From the IMG/VR virus record IMGVR_UViG_3300042691_048250: a stretch of DNA of 64,000 nt; one strand, given 5' to 3'. Below are positions 18,046 to 27,507 of this stretch, piece after piece. Origin of the DNA: an uncultured virus (IMG/VR IMGVR_UViG_3300042691_048250). Taxonomy: Duplodnaviria; Heunggongvirae; Uroviricota; Caudoviricetes. The translations under genes were made by a program, and so were the position numbers. Under the pieces are notes generated by a model, which worked only from the letters and a program-made list of their open reading frames with translations, had not been told where the DNA came from and ran no database searches. Each line of letters opens with the position of its first letter. Position 1 is the stretch's first letter.

Positions 18046-19434
18046 TCAATCTTCGTCGTTGGGTTGGCCAGGCTGAGTGCCAGGTCGGGGGTTGGGCGGA
18101 TAAAAGCCACCGTTGTCACCATTGTCTGCTCTGGGCTTGAGCAGTTCGCTGAGGCTCTGGCGACTTGGTATGTTGCCCAAATCCGTGGTTGGCACTGTGT
18201 ATGTATTGTTGACAAAACTGGACCGCAAGGTATTGTTGGCCGGACCATTGGTAAGATCGGTACGCACTTTTTCTTCAATCTTGATCCAAGCGCGACCGTT
18301 GAAACGGAACAGGCGATTGGGGAAGTAATCCAAACGTAGGGCGTAGTCGCCTTCGGCAGGATTCACAGGAAAACTTACGCCAGGTGTCACTGGTAGACCA
18401 TTGGGCGCGATACCATCACCGGTGAGATAACCCATGGTGTAACCATCGGCTCTGGGTGTCTGCGGACCATCGGCCGAGTTTACATTTGTAGAGTCTACAT
18501 CGATGTTGTTGTTGTCTACAGTGATACCAGCAGGATCTGCTGGAGTACCGTCGGGATTGGTTGGGAATATGTAAAACTTTACTGTGTCATAGCCACTGAG
18601 CGGAACTTCCAACTCGGCAGCAGCCAGGATGGCGTCATTGATTTCGAGATCCTTGGGTCGGCTGGTAGACACATCTTCCAGTTTGGTGCAATCGCGCTGT
18701 GTCCAATACGCAGTGTCTGTGATTTCTGTGCCCACTGGCACGTTCTGGATGCTGATATAGTGTTGGTCACCGTAAAGCACCACGGAGCCCAGAGGATAGA
18801 AATTACCCGGATCCCAGATCTGATCATTGTCGTGACACTGCTTGACGATGTCACTGTATTCTTGGCTGTTGACCAGTGGTGTGGCTTTGACTCGCCAGGT
18901 ATGGGGCAACCATTCCATGGCAAAGCCTTCTGAAGCAAAGGCCGCATCTTGGATCACATAGAATCTTGGCAATGGCAATATAGCAGGATTCAGAGGATTC
19001 CAATCTTTGAGATTGGGCACTTCTAACACGTCACCGGCCATGAGTTTGCGGCCGATGGTATCGATCATGTCGTTGTAGTGGAAGGTTATAAACAGCGTGT
19101 CGTTGTTGAGGAACAGACCAAACTGTGTGAGATCAAAGTCAATGTCCTGCACACGATATACTCCACGCATGCGATACACGTCGGGGTCATAGGCTCGATC
19201 ACGATTTTCGCCTAACAATATGTCTTGAATGAACAACGGATCTTCAAAAGTGTAATTTGGTTGGGTAGGATCATAGTTGCCAGATTCGGCTGAGTCGCCG
19301 GTGCCGGTTTTTGGTCCAAGGTACTTGTGGACATAGATATCCAATCCGCCCACTGTGTACATCTCTGAAATGGTGCGGTCAAAAAAACGATAATCGTTGG
19401 TGCGATTTGGGCGCCAAAGGCTTAATCTGGGCAT
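18046..19434 (-). CDS. gp14: Neck protein (gp14-like) with inserted domains
   Basis: Start MPRLSLWRP at 19434 after TATAAATA; D.LLGE.R...DLTQFGLFL.ND...F...GDVLE gp14-like pattern. Confidence 0.7.
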   Translation of the reverse strand: MPRLSLWRPNRTNDYRFFDRTISEMYTVGGLDIYVHKYLGPKTGTGDSAESGNYDPTQPNYTFEDPLFIQDILLGENRDRAYDPDVYRMRGVYRVQDIDFDLTQFGLFLNNDTLFITFHYNDMIDTIGRKLMAGDVLEVPNLKDWNPLNPAILPLPRFYVIQDAAFASEGFAMEWLPHTWRVKATPLVNSQEYSDIVKQCHDNDQIWDPGNFYPLGSVVLYGDQHYISIQNVPVGTEITDTAYWTQRDCTKLEDVSTSRPKDLEINDAILAAAELEVPLSGYDTVKFYIFPTNPDGTPADPAGITVDNNNIDVDSTNVNSADGPQTPRADGYTMGYLTGDGIAPNGLPVTPGVSFPVNPAEGDYALRLDYFPNRLFRFNGRAWIKIEEKVRTDLTNGPANNTLRSSFVNNTYTVPTTDLGNIPSRQSLSELLKPRADNGDNGGFYPPNPRPGTQPGQPNDED

Positions 19435-19440
19435 AGTAGT

Positions 19441-19449
19441 GTATTTATA
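19441..19449 (-). promoter_or_regulatory. Full T4 late promoter TATAAATA
   Basis: gtatttata on + strand, 7 nt from the gp14 ATG. Confidence 0.8.
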
Positions 19450-19455
19450 GGCTGG

Positions 19456-19484
19456 TTGACCCAAAATGGCACATGTGCTAAAAT
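19456..19484 (+). promoter_or_regulatory. Sigma70-type promoter (extended -10)
   Basis: TTGACC-N17-TAAAAT with TG at the extended position. Confidence 0.8.
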
Positions 19485-19491
19485 ACTTAAA

Positions 19492-19764
19492 ATGGACATA
19501 GAAGATTGGCAACGCCTGCACGCCCGTTTGGATCGTGCCCATAAAAACACGCTGGGCATGGCTTTTGGCATGAAAGATCTCTGGCGCATGCACAGGGCCG
19601 TGTACGACAAACTGCGGCTGGCCGATGCTGAATGGGTGAACTGTCGGCGTCGTGGGCAAGGTTCGCCATTGTTCAATGACTTGATGGCACAGGCCGAAGA
19701 TGCCATGAAGAATTTTGAAGGACATATTTTGTTGGCTAAACTAATGGACAAGGAGCCCAAATGA
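19492..19764 (+). CDS. Hypothetical protein (90 aa, likely leaderless)
   Basis: ATG 7 nt after the -10 box; stop overlaps the next start. Confidence 0.65.
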   Translation: MDIEDWQRLHARLDRAHKNTLGMAFGMKDLWRMHRAVYDKLRLADAEWVNCRRRGQGSPLFNDLMAQAEDAMKNFEGHILLAKLMDKEPK

Positions 19765-20909
19765 ACGCTGTAGCAATCAAAGCACCCCGACCACTTAACC
19801 CAAAATCAGCAGACACCAAATACACCGGTGGTGAGCCCGAATGGCGCCTACAACCAGAAGGCGACTCGCGTGCCTCGTCCTTGATTGCCGCTTTTACTTG
19901 GTACAATTATCACTATGATAAGAAAACAGTCAAGGAACTGATCATTGACTGGTTGATCCGCAACGATCGCCAGCGGGATGCCAAGGACTTCGGTCGCGTG
20001 CCAGAGTCTACCATACGCAACCAAATTGGGTGGTTGTGCCGCATGAATACCATGGGATTGGATTTGAATGAACATGAACTCTTGGCAGTCGATACAGCAA
20101 TCACCGAGCACCTGCGCACAGTGCGTGCCATAAAGGAAGTTATCAAGGCTGCGGAACCCGATGCACCTGCTCGGCCTAACATCCAGGATCGCTTGAGAGA
20201 AAAAATGATCGAAGCCGCGGGCGAGATTGAAGGTATGTTTGATGACTTGATCGTAGCCGGCGCCAAGATGTCCGCAGACTTTAAACCCATAACCATATTG
20301 CGTGGCATGAATGTAGCACCACAGATGGTGGGAGAAATTGCCAATCAATGGAAATCACGCCTGGATGAGTTAGAACAGGTAGTGGCAGGCAAAGATGCAC
20401 AGTTGGTTGAGGGCTATGGAAATTTTGGCAAGTTGCAGGTCAAGAATCTTGTGAAGTTCGCAGAGCAGGTCATCGCAGACTGCGGCAGCTATGTGCAGAT
20501 CAAGAAAGTTGAACGCAAGCCACGCAAGAAAAAGGCCGTGAGCCCGGAAAAATTGACGTCTAAATTCAAGTATCTGAGGGAATTTGCTGAACTCAAACTG
20601 ACATCGGTTCCGGTCACTGGCCTGATCGAATCCCAGGAAGCCTGGCTGTATGATACCAAGAAGCGCAAATTGATCTATGTGGTAGCAGACACCCATGCTG
20701 GTACCTTCACCGTGAAAAACAACAATCTCATTGGATTTGATCCTACCAACTCTGTGCAGAAAACACTGCGCAAACCTGCTGAGCAGATCAAAGCCTTGTT
20801 ACAGGGCGGAGTGGCACAGCATCGCAAGTATTTCAAAGAGATCAAGTCCACAGAAGTCAAGTTCAACGGACGTGGCAACGAGAACTTGATACTGCTGAAA
20901 GTGCGCTAA
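19761..20909 (+). CDS. Hypothetical protein (382 aa, basic C-terminal half)
   Basis: Long ORF with AAGGAG SD; no motif recognised. Confidence 0.8.
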   Translation: MNAVAIKAPRPLNPKSADTKYTGGEPEWRLQPEGDSRASSLIAAFTWYNYHYDKKTVKELIIDWLIRNDRQRDAKDFGRVPESTIRNQIGWLCRMNTMGLDLNEHELLAVDTAITEHLRTVRAIKEVIKAAEPDAPARPNIQDRLREKMIEAAGEIEGMFDDLIVAGAKMSADFKPITILRGMNVAPQMVGEIANQWKSRLDELEQVVAGKDAQLVEGYGNFGKLQVKNLVKFAEQVIADCGSYVQIKKVERKPRKKKAVSPEKLTSKFKYLREFAELKLTSVPVTGLIESQEAWLYDTKKRKLIYVVADTHAGTFTVKNNNLIGFDPTNSVQKTLRKPAEQIKALLQGGVAQHRKYFKEIKSTEVKFNGRGNENLILLKVR

Positions 20910-20934
20910 ATATCTGGGCAAGGAGCCCCAGATG
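20907..20934 (+). promoter_or_regulatory. Late promoter overlapping an RBS/start-codon hairpin
   Basis: TAAATA 20907-20912; atctggg-caaggagc-cccagat(g). Confidence 0.65.
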
Positions 20935-21696
20935 CCAGATTCATCACTTGATCCACTGAAACGCCAACTCATAGAGTATGTGCAATTGCAGTTGGCTGAT
21001 CAGATCATAGATATCGAACTTGATCCCAGCCATTATGAAGCCGCGTACCAGCGCACCCTGGGTATCTATCGCCAGCGGGCACAAAACGCCTATGAAGAAT
21101 CCTACTCTTTCATGGAGTTGGTCAGCAACAAGAATGAATACATCTTGCCGCAAGAAGTGATCAGTGTGAGACAGATATTCCGGCGTACCATTGGTCTTGG
21201 CACCGGTGTTGGTGGCTATAGTTTTGACCCTTTTGGGCAGGCCACTTTAAACGTGTATCTCCTCAACTTCAATCAGGCCACGGGCGGCATGGCCACTTAC
21301 GATTACTATCAGCAGTACGTAGAGTTAGCGGCTCGCATGTTTGGTGGATATATCAACTACACCTTTGATCCTGTGAGCAAAAAACTGCAACTGATACGTG
21401 ACCCGCGTGGCACCGGTGAAGTGGTCCTGCTATGGACTTATAATCTCAAACCCGAAATCAGCCTGTTGGCCAACTATCAGATCGCACAGTGGTTCCGTGA
21501 CTGCATGGTAGGAGCAGCCAAGATCATCATCGGCGAAGCCCGTGAAAAGTTTGGCACCATTGCCGGACCACAGGGCCCCGGTACTCTCAACGGCACGGCC
21601 ATGAAGGCCGAAGGCCAGACCCAGATTGACAAGAGCATAGAAGAACTCAAACTCTACGTAGACGGCAGCCAGCCCTTGACTTTTGTTATAGGCTGA
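20932..21696 (+). CDS. gp13: Neck protein
   Basis: LIEYV.LQL...IDIEL N-terminus and G..R.KF...GP.G..TLNG..M..E C-terminus typical of gp13. Confidence 0.85.
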   Translation: MPDSSLDPLKRQLIEYVQLQLADQIIDIELDPSHYEAAYQRTLGIYRQRAQNAYEESYSFMELVSNKNEYILPQEVISVRQIFRRTIGLGTGVGGYSFDPFGQATLNVYLLNFNQATGGMATYDYYQQYVELAARMFGGYINYTFDPVSKKLQLIRDPRGTGEVVLLWTYNLKPEISLLANYQIAQWFRDCMVGAAKIIIGEAREKFGTIAGPQGPGTLNGTAMKAEGQTQIDKSIEELKLYVDGSQPLTFVIG

Positions 21697-21698
21697 CA

Positions 21699-22421
21699 GT
21701 GGGTCGCACACTGATAGTGGGCTGTAGTTTTGTAGAAAACATCGCACTCAAACATCCCCAGCCACACCAACGAATCAACACAGATCGTTTTTTGCTACTT
21801 GGCACCAGTGGTGCTGGCAATCAAAGCATCGCGGCCAGGATCATTGATCAATGCAGTCAGGAAAAATTTGACAGAGTCGTAGCCATCTGGTCCGGCATCA
21901 ACAGGCTGGACTTTCCCATTGGCAGGGCGTTGCATGAAGTCCAGCCCGTGGACAAAATGGGATATCCAGCCTACCCTTATTGGACCCGTACCGGTGAAAC
22001 GGTGTGGTATCACAGCGGCGGATTCTGTCTCAGCGGTACCAGCGATCAGTGCCCAAAATTCATGCGTGATTTTTTCTACAATCAATATCTTGGGTCAAGT
22101 GCCAGATATCTCACGGACCTTACTGTGCTGGCTGTTCTTTCAGCACAGAATTTTTTGACAGCACAGAACATACCATATGACATGTCATTCATCTATGACA
22201 TAGACAAGCGTTACATTGATGATAAAATTGAACCCGGATGTGGCAAGATAGATCGATCGTCGCCCTGGGTGCGCATGATTGATTGGCAAAAATTTACCAA
22301 AATGACGCCGCCCTATGAATATGCCTTGGCCCAAGGGCGATTGGAAGACGGATTCCATCCTGTGTTTGATTGCATGATACAATGGATCCAACAGGCCTTT
22401 GACATAGACCTAAAGAGTTGA
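21699..22421 (+). CDS. SGNH/GDSL-hydrolase-like protein
   Basis: GCSF block I, GAGNQSI block II, C-terminal DGFHP (DxxH). Confidence 0.6.
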   Translation: MGRTLIVGCSFVENIALKHPQPHQRINTDRFLLLGTSGAGNQSIAARIIDQCSQEKFDRVVAIWSGINRLDFPIGRALHEVQPVDKMGYPAYPYWTRTGETVWYHSGGFCLSGTSDQCPKFMRDFFYNQYLGSSARYLTDLTVLAVLSAQNFLTAQNIPYDMSFIYDIDKRYIDDKIEPGCGKIDRSSPWVRMIDWQKFTKMTPPYEYALAQGRLEDGFHPVFDCMIQWIQQAFDIDLKS

Positions 22422-22446
22422 TTCCTGTCAAGATCTCTGTTATAAT
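22418..22446 (+). promoter_or_regulatory. Sigma70-type promoter
   Basis: TTGATT-N17-TATAAT with extended TG; ATG 6 nt downstream. Confidence 0.8.
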
Positions 22447-22452
22447 CACTGC

Positions 22453-22974
22453 ATGGATCTAATGATAGACATCGAAGGACTGGCTACCACGCCCGATACC
22501 ACCATACTCACCATAGCCGCCCAGGAATTCAGTCCCTTGGAGCGAGGACTTTTTGGGCGAGAATTTTATGCCCGCGTCACACTGGAAAGTCAGGAAGATC
22601 GGGCCATAGATCCCGAAACTCTGGCTTGGTGGGCTACGCAACCCGAAGCCATACGTGAAGAAGCTTTTGGTGAGGACGATCGCATACCCTTGCGTGAAGC
22701 CTTGGAAGGTCTCCATCGCATCGCATGGCACGCCAGGCATGTTTGGGCCCAGGGCCCAACCTACGACATGAACATCTTGGAACATGCTTACAAAAGCCTG
22801 GGCATGCCGTTGCCTTGGAAATTCTTCTCTGTGCGTGACAGCAGGACCTTGTTCAGCCTTGTGCCAAATCTACAAAAATATCCGGCCAGCCACCATGCCT
22901 TGGAAGACTGTCGACGGCAAATAAATCTGCTTTGGGACAGTCTGGAATACTTACGTGTCAAGGAGTTAGCATGA
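22453..22974 (+). CDS. DEDDh 3'-5' exonuclease (Rv2179c/DUF5051-like)
   Basis: MIDIE, WAQGPTYD, RDSRT, HHALED. Confidence 0.88.
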   Translation: MDLMIDIEGLATTPDTTILTIAAQEFSPLERGLFGREFYARVTLESQEDRAIDPETLAWWATQPEAIREEAFGEDDRIPLREALEGLHRIAWHARHVWAQGPTYDMNILEHAYKSLGMPLPWKFFSVRDSRTLFSLVPNLQKYPASHHALEDCRRQINLLWDSLEYLRVKELA

Positions 22975-23615
22975 TAATTGGAGTATGTGGGTTGATTGGT
23001 GCAGGTAAAGACACCATAGCAGATTATCTCGTGAACATACACGAGTTCCGCAGAGATAGCTTTGCTGCCACGCTAAAAGATGCTGTGGCCTCTGTGTTTG
23101 GCTGGGACAGAGACATGTTGGAAGGCCGCACACGTAGCAGCCGTGAATGGCGCGAGCAGCCAGATGAATGGTGGAGCGATCGCCTGGGCCGCCCTATCAC
23201 TCCACGCTGGGTGCTACAGTACTGGGGCACTGAAGTGTGCAGACAAGGATTCCATGATGATGTATGGATAGCCAGTCTTGAAAACAAACTACGCAAGACC
23301 ACGGATGACATCGTTATTTCAGACTGCCGTTTCCCCAACGAAATAAGGGCTATAAGACAGCAAGGCGGGCATGTGATCCGCGTGATACGTGGACCCGAGC
23401 CCGAGTGGTATGCTTTGGCAGAACAGGCAAATCTTGGCACAGATTTCGCCCAACTCGCCCTGCAGAATTTTGGTGTGCATGCCAGTGAAACTGCCTGGAT
23501 TGGCACGCAGTTTGATCATGTGATAGACAACAACAGCAGTCTTGATGATTTGTATGCCCAGATCAACGGTCTGGTTCGAGATCTCCGGCCCGCCAAGGCA
23601 GATCTTGCCGCGTAA
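22971..23615 (+). CDS. gp1: Deoxynucleoside monophosphate kinase
   Basis: GLIGAGKDT P-loop, SFA..LK, TPRWVLQYWGTEVCR, ISDCRFPNE, HASE. Confidence 0.92.
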   Translation: MIIGVCGLIGAGKDTIADYLVNIHEFRRDSFAATLKDAVASVFGWDRDMLEGRTRSSREWREQPDEWWSDRLGRPITPRWVLQYWGTEVCRQGFHDDVWIASLENKLRKTTDDIVISDCRFPNEIRAIRQQGGHVIRVIRGPEPEWYALAEQANLGTDFAQLALQNFGVHASETAWIGTQFDHVIDNNSSLDDLYAQINGLVRDLRPAKADLAA

Positions 23616-23907
23616 TCAGTGCGGCACAGTTCAAACACACAGTTTTAAGATTGCGCAGTTCGCAGTCATTGAGATCGCCATTGACATGATACACCATGAG
23701 TTGGCTACTGTGCCTGGCTTTGAACCCACAGCGATCGCAAGTATTTTTCTTTTTGTAACCTGATGCTCGCCATCTTGGTTCCACAGGCTTGATTTTCCTG
23801 CCCTTGCGGCCACAGGAACCGCACACCCGGCGATAGTAAATCTTGTCATTGTGATAGCCGTTGATGGCGGCGAGATTTTTATTACATACTTGGCACAAGG
23901 GTCTCAT
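23563..23907 (-). CDS. Zn-finger / degenerate HNH protein
   Basis: Four CxxC pairs; YHVNGDLND...NL..VCLNC resembles HNH; TAAATA 5 nt upstream. Confidence 0.7.
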   Translation of the reverse strand: MRPLCQVCNKNLAAINGYHNDKIYYRRVCGSCGRKGRKIKPVEPRWRASGYKKKNTCDRCGFKARHSSQLMVYHVNGDLNDCELRNLKTVCLNCAALITRQDLPWRAGDLEPDR

Positions 23908-24005
23908 ACGGGTATTTACGACGTAGACCTTAATTAAGGCTCCTGTAAACGGCTTGTTTTTGGTTCAGCCAATAAATATTGATAACCATTTATAAGGATA
24001 ACACT

Positions 24006-27000
24006 ATGGCACTTGTATCCCCCGGCGTAGAAGTTACCGTCATTGACGAGTCTAACTATATTCCAGCCGCGACCAACTCGGTCCCATATTTTCTCATCGC
24101 TACAGCGCAGAACAAAATCTCTGGCGCGGGTGTAGGCGTAGCCGCAGGCACACTGGCTGCCAATGCAGGCAAAGTATATCTCATAACCAGCCAGCGCGAT
24201 TTGAGCGCCACGTTTGGCGTACCGTTCTTTTACAAGACATCCGCGGGCACACCAATCAACGGATACGAACTCAACGAATACGGATTGTTGGCAGCATACT
24301 CAGCACTGGGCATAAGCAATCGTGCGTATGTACAGCGTGCTGACATAGATTTGGCCGAACTCACAGCCAGCCTGGTAAGACCCACTGGTTCGCCGGCTGA
24401 TGGCACATATTGGTTGGATACCACATCCACAGCCTGGGGTATTTTCCAGTGGAATCAGACTACGGGTGAGTTCACCGTGCAGACTCCAATCGTGATTACC
24501 GACACAGGTGATCTCACAGCCGGTGTACCCAGTGCTGACATTGGCAGCATCGGCGATTACGCCGTGGTTGCAACCAATGCGTTCAATCCTGTGTATTACA
24601 AAAATCAAGACAACACCTGGGTCGAAGTAGGCACAGACGCTTGGAAAAACTCATGGCCCACAGTGCAAGGCGCCAACACTGTCACAGGCAATGCTTTGAC
24701 CGTTGGCAACAAGATCACCATCAACGGTACAGAAATCACGCTGTCTGGACAGACCTTGGCCAGCCTGGTTGCACAGATCAATTCTGCGGCTATAACCGGT
24801 GTCACTGCTGAAACCAATCTCACACGCACCAGCAACAAACTATGGTTGTATGCTGATAGTGAAGCCACCAGCGACGCTTCCACAGCAGGTGGCGGCATCA
24901 TCAACATCGCACCAGAAAGCACAGCGGGTTTGCTGACCACGTTGGGTGTAACTGCGACCACTTACCTGGCTCCAGCATTACAACAGAGTCCAAACTACAC
25001 AGTTCCACGCTGGAGAACTACCGATACCGAAGGTGGTCATCCCACAGGATCAGTATGGAACATGACCACGGCAGTGAATCAAGGTGCTGACATCATTGTT
25101 AAGAAATTCAGCGCCGCGCTTGGTCTCTTTGTAAATCAAAGCGCACCGATCTATGAAAACGATCAAACTGCCAACAAGAATCTCGATCCCACAGGTGGTG
25201 GTAAAAACATCCCCGCAGGTACTACCTATGTACAATACAACGTGGATCCTGAACTGTCGGGCAGTGGCAACTACAACAACACGCTGACCTTGGAAATTTT
25301 TGAAAGGCTGGTAGCCGGTGCTACAATAATCACCGGCGATGATACAGCACCAGTGTTTGCAGGTGGTACCAAAACATTTACCATCCAGTACAGTACAGCA
25401 AACTCGGCCACGCTGAGTTCCACCTACACAGCATCATTCACTGGCACAACAGCAGCTGCCTTTATAACAGCAGTGTCAGCAGCCCTGCCGTCAGGCGCAC
25501 CGGTTTCGGCCAGTGTCAATTCAGACGGCGCTATCGTGTTTACACACAGCCTGGGCGGTGTGATCGTGTTGGATGACACGTCAGGCACAGCAGTAGCATC
25601 AGCTGGCTTTGACAATACCGTGACTGGAGTGCGTGATGGCACAGGCACACAGACTGGTGCTTTGATCCTGAGCAACTGGGTGCCGCTGACCTATACTGCC
25701 AGCGCCACTGCTCCAAGCCAAGATCCAGCCGACGGTCGTTACTGGTATTATTCGGCCACGGATCAGGTAGACATCATGATCCAGAACAATGGATCTTGGT
25801 TAGGATATCAAAATGTCACTAACGATGTTCGCGGTTACAACCTGCAGAACACCAACTCTACTGGTCCTATCGTGTCGGCCTCGGCTCCCACACAGCAGAC
25901 TGACGAAACAGCCTTGGTCGAAGGCGATCTCTGGATAGACACATCAAATCTTGAACTTTATCCGGTGATCAAACGCTGGCAGGAAGTGGACGGGGTGACC
26001 CAGTGGGTGACCATAGACAACACCGACCAGACCACGGAAAATGGTGTGCTGTTTGCTGATGCTCGCTGGGCTACCAACGGCTATACCAATCCTATCACTG
26101 ATGCTATCCCAAGTATTACTGCTCTTTTGACCAGCAATTATCTTGACGTGGATGCGCCAGATCCTGGGCTGTATCCGGAAGGCATGCTGTTGTTCAACAC
26201 ACGCCGCACAGGATTCAACGTGAAATCATTCCAGGTTGACTATTTCAACGCCACCAGTTTCTCTTTTGATTCATACTCGCCAAGCACGGCCTATGTGGTC
26301 GGTGATCGGGTGTTGTACAATGCCGCTCTTTGGGTGTGTATACAAAACAGCACCGGCAACAACCCCAGTGTTTCCAGCGCCTATTGGGATCCACTGCAGA
26401 CCAATGCCTGGGTCACGGCCGCTGGTAACCGTAACAACGGATCACCTTACATGGGCCGTCAAGCAGTGCGCAAACTTGTAGTCGATGCCATGAAGTCGGC
26501 CATCGATACCCAAGACACCCTGCGTGAAGAACAGGTTGAGTTCAATCTTTTGGCCACACCACAGTATCCTGAATTGATACCTAACATGGTGGCTTTAAAC
26601 AACGAACGTAGCAACACTGGCTTTGTCGTGGGCGACACACCGTTGAGACTACAACCCACAGGCGAAAGCATCGTGACCTGGGCCACCAACACCGCTGGCG
26701 ATTCAATCGACAGCGAATCTGGATTGGTCACTGCTGATGCATATCTTGGCGTGTTCTATCCTTCATGCCAGACCACGGATCTTGGTGGCAGCCAGGTAGT
26801 ACAACCGCCCAGCCACATGATGGTGCGCACCATAATCCGCAACGACGAAGTGGCTTTCCCCTGGTTAGCTCCAGCAGGTGTGCGACGTGGTGTGATCGAC
26901 AACGCTGAACGCATTGGTTATGTCAACGGTCAGACCGGAGAATTTGTGACCATAGCCACAGGCCAAGGCCTGCGTGATGTGCTGTATGAAAACAAGATCA

Positions 27001-27419
27001 ATCCAATCACGTTTATTCCTGGTGTGGGTATAACCAACTACGGCAACAAGACCGAAGCCAATACACCCAGTGCCTTGGATCGCATCAACGTGGCTCGTCT
27101 CATAGCATTCATACGTGGACGCTTGGAAGAGATTGGCAAGACTTTTGTGTTTGAGCCCAATGATCAGATCACACGCAACGAAATCACCAACGCTATCGAC
27201 GGTCTCATGATCGATCTCGTAGCCAAGCGTGGCGTCTATGATTACTTGATCGTGTGTGATGAAAGCAACAACACACCGGCTCGTATCGATCGCAACGAAC
27301 TGTATGTTGACATCGCTATCGAACCAGTGAAAGCAGTGGAATTCATTTACATACCTTTGCGAATCAAGAACACAGGTGAGATCGCTGCCGGTACAGTATC
27401 CTCGTCAAGTGCCGTCTAA
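24006..27419 (+). CDS. gp18: Tail sheath protein (enlarged, 1137 aa)
   Basis: MALVSPGVEVTVIDES N-terminus; PWLAPAG..RG, INPI, DRINVARL, FEPND..TR, P.KAVEFIYI; TAAATA about 23973. Confidence 0.95.
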   Translation: MALVSPGVEVTVIDESNYIPAATNSVPYFLIATAQNKISGAGVGVAAGTLAANAGKVYLITSQRDLSATFGVPFFYKTSAGTPINGYELNEYGLLAAYSALGISNRAYVQRADIDLAELTASLVRPTGSPADGTYWLDTTSTAWGIFQWNQTTGEFTVQTPIVITDTGDLTAGVPSADIGSIGDYAVVATNAFNPVYYKNQDNTWVEVGTDAWKNSWPTVQGANTVTGNALTVGNKITINGTEITLSGQTLASLVAQINSAAITGVTAETNLTRTSNKLWLYADSEATSDASTAGGGIINIAPESTAGLLTTLGVTATTYLAPALQQSPNYTVPRWRTTDTEGGHPTGSVWNMTTAVNQGADIIVKKFSAALGLFVNQSAPIYENDQTANKNLDPTGGGKNIPAGTTYVQYNVDPELSGSGNYNNTLTLEIFERLVAGATIITGDDTAPVFAGGTKTFTIQYSTANSATLSSTYTASFTGTTAAAFITAVSAALPSGAPVSASVNSDGAIVFTHSLGGVIVLDDTSGTAVASAGFDNTVTGVRDGTGTQTGALILSNWVPLTYTASATAPSQDPADGRYWYYSATDQVDIMIQNNGSWLGYQNVTNDVRGYNLQNTNSTGPIVSASAPTQQTDETALVEGDLWIDTSNLELYPVIKRWQEVDGVTQWVTIDNTDQTTENGVLFADARWATNGYTNPITDAIPSITALLTSNYLDVDAPDPGLYPEGMLLFNTRRTGFNVKSFQVDYFNATSFSFDSYSPSTAYVVGDRVLYNAALWVCIQNSTGNNPSVSSAYWDPLQTNAWVTAAGNRNNGSPYMGRQAVRKLVVDAMKSAIDTQDTLREEQVEFNLLATPQYPELIPNMVALNNERSNTGFVVGDTPLRLQPTGESIVTWATNTAGDSIDSESGLVTADAYLGVFYPSCQTTDLGGSQVVQPPSHMMVRTIIRNDEVAFPWLAPAGVRRGVIDNAERIGYVNGQTGEFVTIATGQGLRDVLYENKINPITFIPGVGITNYGNKTEANTPSALDRINVARLIAFIRGRLEEIGKTFVFEPNDQITRNEITNAIDGLMIDLVAKRGVYDYLIVCDESNNTPARIDRNELYVDIAIEPVKAVEFIYIPLRIKNTGEIAAGTVSSSSAV

Positions 27420-27436
27420 CGGTATCGCTAAAGGCG

Positions 27437-27466
27437 AAAATGGGGGTTTCGACCCCCATTTTTTTT
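27437..27466 (+). terminator. Rho-independent terminator (UUCG loop)
   Basis: aaaatgggggt-ttcg-acccccatttt then T-run; TAAATA follows at 27481. Confidence 0.9.
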
Positions 27467-27507
27467 GGTCTCACTGACCATAAATAATTGCATCAAGGAG
27501 ATATAAT

